From: Convolutriloba macropyga
Taxonomy: Eukaryota
Assembly: GCF_964194025.1 (NCBI RefSeq)
Contig: NC_134475.1
Span: forward strand, 49,352,001-49,416,000
Length of the DNA stretch: 64,000 nt
Reading direction: 5' to 3'
Under the pieces are notes generated by a model that worked only from the letters and a program-made list of their open reading frames with translations, did not search any database and was not told where the DNA came from. Positions within the stretch are counted from its first letter, which is position 1; each line of letters starts with the position of its first letter. The position numbers and the translations under genes were made by a program. This document shows, one piece after another, positions 40,483 through 51,054 of this stretch.

Positions 40483-41808
40483 TTAAAAGTTTAGACCCCG
40501 TCTTCGTCTCATCCAAGGAAATGGTCCACCGAAAAGCTCTGGCAGTCCTTTCTTTTGTAGTCTACTATTTAGGAAACTATCCGCAGTTTTTGGCTGGCTT
40601 TTGCCATATCTAGCCATCTGTAATTTAGGCACGTAATTAATTGTTTTCAAAGCTGATATCGTACAAAATTTTTCGTCTATTGTGAAGTTTTCTCTCCAGT
40701 AATTTTTGTTCTGATCAATAATCAAAACTCTTTCTTTGTTTTCCACGTTTTGTCTGTTTGCGTTTAGCAAATGGTTACAAAATTGGCCCACTTTATCAGC
40801 AATTTCTCTATACGAGGCTATTTTTTCCTGAAAATTGTTTATTTTTCCAATCTTTCGCCAAAAAGTTTTGTTAAAAGTGTCAAATAATTTGTAGTCTAAC
40901 GAAGCCCAAGATCTGTAGATTTCTTCCCGTCTTTTTTCAGTTTCTTCATCGATGTAGTAAACTGATCTTCTCTTTTCATTTTTAAAAGTACTCAAAACGT
41001 CTTTCAAATTCCAGCAAAAATGCTCCTTCAACAAGACCAAACTTTCGTTCATATAATCTGTAATCAGCATCAAATCAAACTCATTTTCTAATTTTTTCAC
41101 AAATAAATTTTCCATTCGATCTTTTTCTTCTAATTTTTCCGTGTCATTGTACCCGAAGTTGTAGGCTTGAACGTTTTTTGTGGCGCTGTACATATAATTG
41201 TAGTATTTTTCAGGATTTTCAAGAAATTGATCAAACTGACTTTTTTCCCTATCAAAACCTTGGTCAGACATAGAATTTACATATCTAACAATAACATCAA
41301 CCTGGAAAAATACGAAATATGATTTGAATTGTTTATAAGGTGATCGCAATATTGAAATCCGTTTGTATCCCGTTTCCATAATTTTGTCCCAAATTTCTCT
41401 CTGGTACATTGTATGTAATACCAACACGTCGAATTTTCGGTTCGGTTTCCGTGAGGGTGATAAATTTTTGGGAGGGTCCGGCCAGTCAATTTTCCAGGCA
41501 CTGTTATTTGGCAAAGCAATTTCCAAGTTATGATCGTCAGCCACTCGCAAAAACATTGTAGTTAATGTCATAGTTCCGCATTTGTGGTTCTTGACAAACC
41601 CAAACGATGTGACGGGTTTGCAAATGTTGGGAGTTTTTTGGCTAGACAAATTCGGGTCTTCTACGGTCTCGAGTTCTCGAATTTCATACTGCAAATTTAT
41701 AGTCAAAATCCCAAAAAATAAAATTGAGGTAAATATTGAAGCACTAAAATAAGTAACTATTCGATGCCGAAATATCCTCATTGCTTTCCTACTTTTACTT
41801 AAAAACAT
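40483..41808 (-). CDS. GAL3ST: Galactose-3-O-sulfotransferase family protein, 441 aa, type II membrane, intronless CDS
   Basis: N-terminal TM helix, 5'-PSB FVKNHKCGTMT, 3'-PB ILRSP...KSYF, FDLMLITDYMNESLVLLKEHFCW, DYKLFDTFNKTFWRKI. Confidence 0.93.
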   Translation of the reverse strand: MFLSKSRKAMRIFRHRIVTYFSASIFTSILFFGILTINLQYEIRELETVEDPNLSSQKTPNICKPVTSFGFVKNHKCGTMTLTTMFLRVADDHNLEIALPNNSAWKIDWPDPPKNLSPSRKPNRKFDVLVLHTMYQREIWDKIMETGYKRISILRSPYKQFKSYFVFFQVDVIVRYVNSMSDQGFDREKSQFDQFLENPEKYYNYMYSATKNVQAYNFGYNDTEKLEEKDRMENLFVKKLENEFDLMLITDYMNESLVLLKEHFCWNLKDVLSTFKNEKRRSVYYIDEETEKRREEIYRSWASLDYKLFDTFNKTFWRKIGKINNFQEKIASYREIADKVGQFCNHLLNANRQNVENKERVLIIDQNKNYWRENFTIDEKFCTISALKTINYVPKLQMARYGKSQPKTADSFLNSRLQKKGLPELFGGPFPWMRRRRGLNF

Positions 41809-42652
41809 TTTTGTGTATTTTGTGATGTTTTACTCGAGTACTTCTAATATTTATTCAATTAAGTTGTTATTGAGGTTTCATAACAGCTAAGTTTATGGAA
41901 AAAACTGGCAAAGGAGCAAAATAAAGCACTAAATAAAAATAACAACAGAACTGCTCTGTTTTGTGTTTTTCTTTAATTAAGCTTAAGCTTTCGTAATCTA
42001 TCAAAAGCGCATATAAGCTTTGCACATGTTTTCAAATCGGCGCTGAATTTGTACGCAATTTACTGTTGTGTAGTTCTTTGTTTATCTGATGAAAATGAGC
42101 GTTTCAGCATTACTTATTTTTACAAAATAGTCCGCCGCATACTTTTGTTAAACCAGCTTAATCGACTTGTAAAATTAAAACTTAAAGCAAAAGTTTTTAA
42201 AACAAATTTAAGTTCTGCTTTTTCACGTGTTGTTCGTCTTTAAAACGTGAAACTCTAGTTATAAGAACATAAGATTAAATAAAATTCGCACTTAAAAAGT
42301 TTTCAAATGATTACAACTGATTGTTTTTCACATAGAAGTGAAATTTTGCTGAACAACTGCAAAAAAGTTCACAATTTTGGAGTCCATTTTTGAAGCTTAT
42401 TGAACAAATTCTGTTTGTGACAAAATATTTATTCAGGAAAGATGTTATTTTTGGTAGACTCCTAAATACATATACACAGCGACATTGAACATCAGATTAA
42501 ATGAAAAATATAGTCTACTATTCTATGCGACGGAAATCTCGACATGATAGTTTGTTTACACATGGTATATTGTTAGTAAACAAAATGTAAACTGACAGGA
42601 AATAATTGCAGAACTCAACGACAAAAATAATCTGGTTTTGTTATTTTTGGCT

Positions 42653-42744
42653 TCATATGAAGTTATCAAAGAGAGGCATTTTTCTTTTGTCTTTCTGTTT
42701 GTTTCTCACTATCTCCTGAATGACAACAATTGCGTAGTCTTCAT
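42653..42744 (-). CDS. DYNLRB: Roadblock/LC7 dynein light chain-like gene, last exon ((H)EDYAIVVIQEIVRNKQKDKRKMPLFDNFI*)
   Basis: ttttgtatttcag|AT GAA GAC TAC. EDYAIVVIQ aligns with vertebrate KDYFLIVIQ. Candidate AATAAA at 42428-42433. Confidence 0.82.
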
Positions 42745-43025
42745 CTGAAATACAAAAGATTTTTAAATGTTTGGGTTTCATACTCTGTTGTATTACTAGC
42801 ACTAGTTATGGGGGGGGGGGGGGGAGTAGGGAGGGGGTCGGAGAGTTAATGGTAATTGTAAACCCAACGAGAAAAAGGGTCGCAAACAGCTCGGTTCCGC
42901 GAGTGCGGCGGTTCCACCAACAATTAACAAAGAGAGCTTGTTGACGTTCCAACAATTTTCTAGAGAACACTGCGTTTTGTTGCATATGAGGAAAGAGGGT
43001 AGCATAAGAGCAAAGAAAAACTTAC

Positions 43026-43085
43026 GTGGTGTGATCATGACTTCTGTCATTTTCGTAACCTTCTTGCGCACTCCTGTCGTATTAT
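43026..43085 (-). CDS. DYNLRB: Roadblock-like gene, 60-bp exon ((D)NTTGVRKKVTKMTEVMITP)
   Basis: tctgctttag|AT...CCAC|gtaagt, phase 1-1. TEVMITP aligns with NEIMVAP. Confidence 0.78.
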
Positions 43086-46000
43086 CTAAAGCAGATGTGG
43101 AAGCGTGGATGATTATGGATATCACCACCTATGTGACGTTCTCTGCGAAAACGTGAAAAATTTCTACTCTCAAGTTTTCAGCAAACATTTTGGCGCTGTT
43201 GGTCATTTATGAAATTTTTGTTATGATGAAATTTTTTCAGGCAAATTTGACTTTTCGTCGGAACAAACCAGGAACACCGATAAACCATCAGTAGAAACTC
43301 TGCTCTTAAAAGTGTAGAAACTCTGCACTGAGGTGTTCTGCTCTTAAAAGTATAGTGATGCACCAATATAGCTGGGAAAGGCACATAAGGCACATTATTC
43401 ATATTTTTCTAATTTTTATAGTTTTGCAAAAAAAATGGAAAGTAGTGATTGAAACAAAGTTTGAACCTCTGTGTACAAAACCATTAACTTTGGAAAATTC
43501 CGCAGATTACATCAGTTTTATTCTAAAAATTGTCCGCTAGTTCAATCATTGTTTGTTTGATTTTGCGAATTTAGAGGTTCTTCATTGGCTTGGAGTATTT
43601 TTGTTCTAGTCTTATAATTCTATAAAGCGTTTGATATAAAGCCTGCAAAAATCAATAAAATCCAAACATTAACTATGATACAAGTCTGTTGATGTGATTA
43701 AAAAGGTCAAAGTTTGGTTTAAAATTAACAATGATTAAGTATTTTCTAGACGTACCACTTGATGGAAGCTTTGAAAAAAATTAGATTAGACAAGGAGGCT
43801 CGGTAATGTGCAATCACATTGATCACGTTTTTGTCCGATTATTTGTGCGTGAGTAAAGACAATAGATTTAACCTGAAACTGGTGCTTATGACATTAGAAA
43901 AAACTCGACTAGACGAGCACAATTTTTGTAGCTATTAGGCAAAATTTGTGAACTATTTATTTTGATTAAAAAAGACTAAATAAAACATTTAAGGACGGTA
44001 CTCCCAAACCCAATTGACCAAATAAAGAACTCAAAAGTCCCTAAGAACAATCTTCATAAAGAAATAATTTAACAAAGCTCATGTAACTGTTTTATATTTT
44101 TTCAAATTATTACATCACCTATACAACCCAAGATAATATTCCGGCTAAAGAATTCGGCAAAATACGGCACAAATTGAAAAACATAAAAAGAAGTTGACAA
44201 CAAGAAATTTTATATTGGACCATAACTCGACGTCTGTTTTTTTAAAATTTTTAAATAGAAAATTAAAATTGCATGTTTAAAGTCTAAAAGTTTAAGTTGG
44301 GCCAATTAACATGTATCTGTAAAACATATTGATTTGTCTTCAAGTTAATAGGACTGGGTAGCAATTAGACAATAAAAAAACAAAGAAGGCAAAGCTAAAA
44401 ATGAGTTAAAAATTTTTGAAAACAAGTAGTTTAAAGGTAATGAAAACAATTAGCTATCAAATGAAATCATTAATTAGAGTCATTTAATTATATCTGAAAA
44501 AAAACGCTGAATTGCCTCTACAAAAAATAAATAAACCACAACAAGAGAGAAATATAACGACAAATACAGTAGAAAATCAACAAAGGATTTAATTTCTGCT
44601 AGAAAACTGAGTCGAAGCAGTTCAAACCGTATTCTATGAAACTTATTATTTAATCAATTACGCGTTTGCTCAATGTCAGTAATGTCATATTTGAGCTGTC
44701 AAATTTGTAATAATACAACAATATAACAAAAAGAGCTAAAAATTCCAAAAAAAAGACAAACTTGTCCTATCAAAGCCAAAAACCGTTGTATAAAACATTA
44801 AATTGCCATAAAAATTAAACTCCATTTCATTAGAATCAGTGTGAGAACTTATTTGATGAAATTGACATGCAAGTTGGCGGAAATAAGATTTACAAAAAAC
44901 GGCGCAGCTCAAAATGTATTGTTTTTAAAGCGAAAGTTTTCAAAAGAAAAGTCTTGGCCACCATAATTTTCAACCAGACGAACAAATAATACTGGATAGA
45001 TTAACTTGCAACTCCTTGAGAAGTCAATTAGACCGGTCGTAATTTATGTTAAGACTATAATATAACAACGAATACAGGCGAAACTCAAAATTTCAATTAA
45101 AATTTTTCTCAATTTTAGTGTTGCAGCCACAAAACTTTGACATTTCCACAGAATTTGCAATTTTTATTAACGGGCCCTATTTACACGTGAATTTAATCTG
45201 CAAATAATTGAACCTTGATTTGAAGTCATTCCAGTCTGTAATTAGCATAGAAGGAAAAACCAAAAAGTTTTAAAATAGTTTTAACAAATGGTCGAGTCGC
45301 AATACAATCAGAATAATTTTTCTCTCATAGAATCCACGATTAGCCCAAAACTATTCCTGTTATTGCTGTTCGTTAGCTCAAAACGCGTAATTTTTCTAAA
45401 TCTAAGCGAAATATATAGTTTGACAAAAAAGTGATCAGAATAAAAATAAAGGATGAATTTTGATTATTTACCGAGTTAAATTAGCAAAAAAACGTTTAAG
45501 TTCGTTTACACTCTCACAGAAAACGGAAATAAAACATTAGGTCTATTTGGGTTTAGGTAAGTTTGTGTCAGCAGGCTTTAGGTCTATACTTTCGGCAAAA
45601 TTAAACAAAGTGGGTGAAAAAAGCACATTTGTTTCCACTTTGTCTGCAAAAAAGCTGAATGAAAAAAAAAACAATTTTTCAACCGTTAATAATTTTTATA
45701 ACCGTTAATAATTTTTTCAGCAAAATTGTCTAAAATTGTAGCAAAATTTTTCTTGTATCTTTCAGTACCTTGATGTCGGCACTATAATAACTTTAGCTTG
45801 ATACAAATATTGTCTGAATTTGAGCACAAAACAGGCGCCAACTTTTTTAAAATATTCACTGTGACTAGGCTGTCGCTTGTCACGGAAAATAAGACACAAT
45901 CATATGATAGCAAACTCTTGGCTATTTTTCTCTCTGCTTTTGGCTCAGAAAATTATTAATGACTTGTCGGAAATTTGTAAAAAGAAAACTTTCTCCCAAA

Positions 46001-46668
46001 GGCGACGAGGAAAGTTGGTTAACAGACTGTCTTGACGTGAATGTTAATTGATCGCCGCAAACTAATTCTTTCAATTTCCAATTCAGTTTTGAAGGCTGTT
46101 TGTGCTCGTAGAACGGATACGAGTTCTCTATGAAACCGAATGCTCAAAGACGAGAACCTCATTCGCACCATGGGGAGGTCATCTGCTTCTTTGGAGGCCC
46201 TGGGTGGCTTTGGAATGGCTTTTAAGTAACCAATTCATTTCTCTAGTCGACAATACATGTTGCGTGACCTAAGACCTATATGTTGGTTATCTGGTCATCA
46301 TATTTTTTCAGCACATTCATTATTGTTGCCTATTGAGTGACTAGAGCCTCTTGAATTCCTTTTAACGTCTGTTAATAATCACCAGCTGAGGGTGGAATTT
46401 CACTACAAAGTGTTCTCATCTCGTGAGATGCTATGAGCTTCATGGCTTTTTTGAAAAAAAAATTGTCTCCCACTTAATTAGCGAGATGTATTTTTGTATT
46501 AGAAATTTGGATCACAAAAAACCGAAGAACTCACTCGAGCGCGGACTAATTCAACATCGTCCGCATTTCAGAATAATTAGAATAAATGAACACTGCTGTA
46601 ATAACAGCTGAACACTGTCTCAAACTAATGAATGATTAAAAAAACAAAAATATCAATATCATTGTTAC

Positions 46669-46830
46669 CCTGTGAGGAGGTCTCCTTTTCTGCACTTATT
46701 CTGAGGTGTTGGAAATCGTTCTCTGGATCCAGATCGCGGACTAGGTTCCTAGCGAAGTAGAGGACCCCACTAAGTGACTCGACATATCTCATTGTGGTCG
46801 GATTGTCCATCGATGTTTTCACTGGGTAGC
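46669..46830 (-). CDS. DYNLRB: Roadblock-like core exon, copy 1 (GYPVKTSMDNPTTMRYVESLSGVLYFARNLVRDLDPENDFQHLRISAEKETSSQ)
   Basis: ctacag|GC...CAGG|gtaaca, 162 bp, phase 1-1. Aligns with GIPIKSTMDNPTT...ARSTVRDIDPQNDLTFLRI of DYNLRB1/2. Confidence 0.88.
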
Positions 46831-47240
46831 CTGTAGCAGAGATCATTTTAACATTTTCAATTTAAACTCTATTTTTCGTGCTTCTTTCTTTCANNNNNNN
46901 NNNNNNNNNNNNNNNNNNNNNNNNNNNNNNNNNNNNNNNNNNNNNNNNNNNNNNNNNNNNNNNNNNNNNNNNNNNNNNNNNNNNNNNNNNNNNNNNNNNN
47001 NNNNNNNNNNNNNNNNNNNNNNNNNNNNNNNNNNNNNNNNNNNNNNNNNNNNNNNNNNNNNNNNNNNNNNNNNNNNNNNNNNNNNNNNNNNNNNNNNNNN
47101 NNNNNNNNNNNNNNNNNNNNNNNNNNNNNNNNNNNNNNNNNNNNNNNNNNNNNNNNNNNNNNNNNNNNNNNNNNNNNNNNNNNNNNNNNNNNNNNNNNNN
47201 NNNNNNNNNNNNNNNNNNNNNNNNNNNNNNNAGTAATAAT

Positions 47241-50200
47241 TATGGTGGAGGACCTAAGAAACAAAGTATTTTCATCTACTATTATGAACACTACTAAAAT
47301 TATATTACTAGTATTATCATTCCACATGAAATGCAGGATTGCTATGATAGAACTTATTTACATTTGTTGCAGTAAAGTTACATACACTTGAACTTAATCT
47401 TTTCGTAGCACTCATATTGTGAATCCGTATGGACAGGTACTGTCTGTCACATACTCTTATGCTAACGTTGCGAGAAAAGTGCAAAGTGCTTTTTGCCAAA
47501 ATCAACAGTGAAATTCAGCTTGAATTAAAGTTACGCAACTGATATTTTGACCACTATCGCTTACCATACAACATGGCGCAGTCAGTCTTATCACGATCCC
47601 CAATAGGCGTTGCCCTATTCTGGGAAAAAGCAGCACAACCCACAACAACATGGGAAAAATGGATAACAACAACAAAACTAGCCATCTCGGCTAAAGAAAA
47701 CATACAGGTAGAGAAACTACTGAGACCAAAACCAACAATAGTAGAAGAGTTATACTACCCACAAGAACCGATATACGAACCAGCACTCCCAGACGAAACA
47801 ACAGCAGAAAAGAGACAAAGGGAACAAAGGAACATCAAAAGAAAAGTGGACTGGAAGAACCAATGTCAAGCAGTAGAGGACCAAGGTCCAATAATAGACA
47901 ATGCAAAATGTGTCGAAGTAAACAACAAAGTCAAAAGTTTAATCTATCTCTCACTCGGAACAGAAGGAACAAACATATTTCATCAACGCAACCCACACAC
48001 AGAATTATCCAAATGTACAGCAGACGCACTAGTAATACAATTGAAAGAAACATTCAAAGAAATCAGAAATGAAACATTCGACAGATTCCAGTTCTTTAGA
48101 TGCACACAAAACCCAGGAAAATCACTAGAACAATTCCACTCACGAATAAATCAGAAAGCGGCACTGTGTAACTGGGAAGATTTAGAAGACAGTCTCGTAA
48201 AAAGCATTTTCATTCAAGGAACGTCAAACCCACAAATCCAAATGGATCTGCTATCGGAAAATAGAGATCCACTAGAAACATTACAGTACGAAATCTCATA
48301 AGAAAGAGGTCAAGAAAATCAACAACGGATCAGTAACACTCATGCACTAAGTCCAAGTGGACCAGGAATAAACCTCATACAAAAACAGAGACAACAGACA
48401 CAACGAAGAAGCATACTCCCAACACCACCTAACAACAACAAAATACCAGACTGCTGGAAGTCCGGCTACAAATTCACAAAAGGTCACCTTGACAACTGCC
48501 CCGCGAAAGATGTAATATGTAACATTTGTAAAAAAAATAGGACACTACGCCAAAGTGTGCAGATCCGACATTCCACCAAGAAAAGTAGAAATACAAAACA
48601 CACAAAGGAACAACCAAGGAACATATAACAACAAAAACCAACAACAAAACAACACACAACAACAAACAAACACCAGACGCGTTCGCAACATACAAGCAAT
48701 CCCGGACGACAACACAATCCAAGAAGAAGAAGAAACAGAAACAGAAACAATTGACCCGGAAAGCACATGTTATATTAGAGAAATGATGGAAGACTGGAGT
48801 TCCATCAACTTTATAGAGTCACTAAATTTCACTATGGTCACTCAGAAGGATCTAAACAAAAACCATCCAGGAGAATTCTGGATACAAACATCAAGCAAAA
48901 ATGAAAACATCAACTGGCTAGCAGACACAGGCAGCCCCCGATCATTCATCTCACGAAGTACAGCACAAAACCTAATAGCAAAATTAGGAATTAAAATTAT
49001 CAAACAAGACAAAAACATCGGTGAATTCAGATGCTTCAACAAAACAACAACAAAATAAAAGTGGACTACCAAATCCAACTGGATCTCACATCGGGTAACA
49101 CAACAGTACAAAACTGCCAAATCCTAGTCGTCCCAAAAAACACAGTAAATCTACTGGGCAGAGACATCCTCCAAGAACATGGAATAGAACTAACCTTCAA
49201 AACATTAAGTGAGAAGATACACAACATAAATTCACCACAAACCAACATTGCAAAATGGATTTTTCAAAAATACCCCCACCTATGCACTAGAATTGGAAAA
49301 TCTAAAAATCACATAGCAAAATCCACATTTCACAACACATTCCATCCTACACAACACAAAAGAAGACGAGTTCCACTACATTTAATAGATAAAGTAGAGA
49401 AAGAATTAAATAAATTAATAGAGGATAAGCAAAAAATCAAATTAGACAAATGTTCCGACGAATACTTTATCAGTCCAGTAGTAATCACAGTAAAACACGA
49501 CAAATCCATAAAAATAGCACTAGATTCAAAAAAATTGAATGACGCGATACACAAAAACAAACACCAGATGCAAAGCATAGACCACCTTATGGATACGATA
49601 GCATGCAAAATAAGTGAATTAACACAAAAGACCAGCACACTATATTTCTCAAAAATCGAACTAAAATACGCATAAAGTCAAGTCCCCCTACACGAAGATA
49701 CACAAAAACATTGCAATTTCAACATCCTCGGCGACAACGCTACAGGAAAGTACAGATTCACAAACGGTTTCTATGGATTAACTGATATGCCGGCAACATT
49801 CCAAAAAATAATGGACTTTACACTAGTGAACATCACCTCGGCACACGCCTTTACAGACGACATAATAATTATAACCAAAGGATCACTTTCGGATCACGAG
49901 AAAGAATTTGACAAAGTGCTAACCCACTTAGATAAAGAAAACCTAGCAATAGGCTTACAAAAATGCGAATTTGCACTGACGGAAATTACATTGTTAGGGT
50001 ACAAGATAAATCCAGATGGAATAATACCAACAAAACGGAAAACGGAAGCCATTATAAAAATGGAACCTCCAAGAACCCTAAAACAACTCAGATCATTAAT
50101 GGGGAGCATACACCACTTACAAAATTCATCCCAAATTTATCAAAAATATCAGCACCACTCAGACCACTCCTCTCACACAAAGAAAAAATAAAAAATAGCA

Positions 50201-50342
50201 AACTAGAATGGAACGAAGAACACACAAAATCATTCCAACAAATAAAAAAGGCTATCACTGAGATAATTGAAAACAAACATTTCGATACCAACAGACCCAC
50301 TAGAGTCCGATGTGACGCAAGCAAAGAAGGACTAGGAGCTTG
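47241..50342 (+). mobile_element. Ty3/Gypsy copy 1, 3'-truncated (LTR 47241-47573, PBS, gag, PR, RT, start of RNase H), with stops and frameshifts
   Basis: LADTGS protease, AFTDDII RT motif, ends at RCDASKEGLGA*. Confidence 0.93.
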
Positions 50343-50587
50343 AACTAGATGCTATGAACTTCATGGCTTTTTTGAAAAAAAAAGTCTCCCACTTAATTAG
50401 CGAGATGTATTTTTGTATTAGAAATTTGGATCACACAAAACCGAAGAACTCACTCGAGTGCGGCCTAATTCAACATCGTCCGCATTTCAGAATAATGAGA
50501 ATAAATGAACACTGCTGAAATAACAGCTGAACACTGTCTCAAACTAATGAATGATTAAAAAAAAACATAAATATAAATCATTGCTAC

Positions 50588-50749
50588 CCTGTGAGAAGGT
50601 CTCCTTTTCTGCGCTTATTCTGAGGTGTTGGAAATCTTCCTCTGGATCCAGATCGCGGACTAGGTTCCTAGCGAAGTAGAGGAACCCACTAAGTGACTCG
50701 ACATATCTCATTGTGGTCGGATTGTCCATCGATGTTTTCACTGGGTAGC
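50588..50749 (-). CDS. DYNLRB: Roadblock core exon, copy 2 (open; V>F, N>E, S>F relative to copy 1; donor gtagca)
   Basis: Duplicate of 46669-46830 with AG/GT retained; whether it is used is unknown. Confidence 0.55.
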
Positions 50750-51054
50750 CTGTGGCAGAGATCATTTTAACATTTTCAATTCAAAGTCTATTTTGCGTGC
50801 TTCTTTCTTTCACTTTTCNNNNNNNNNNNNNNNNNNNNNNNNNNNNNNNNNNNNNNNNNNNNNNNNNNNNNNNNNNNNNNNNNNNNNNNNNNNNNNNNNN
50901 NNNNNNNNNNNNNNNNNNNNNNNNNNNNNNNNNNNNNNNNNNNNNNNNNNNNNNNNNNNNNNNNNNNNNNNNNNNNNNNNNNNNNNNNNNNNNNNNNNNN
51001 NNNNNNNNNNNNNNNNNNNNNNNNNNNNNNNNNNNNNNNNNNNNNAGTAATAAT

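Noticed and set aside
45681-45718. Short direct duplications (also ~23747-23775 and ~43291-43352)
   Set aside because: Ordinary slippage-type duplications with no further structure.
46140-46228. GC-richer plus-strand stretch (MLKDENLIRTMGRSS...) that looks exon-like
   Set aside because: Upstream in-frame stop, no recognisable homology, no partner exons.
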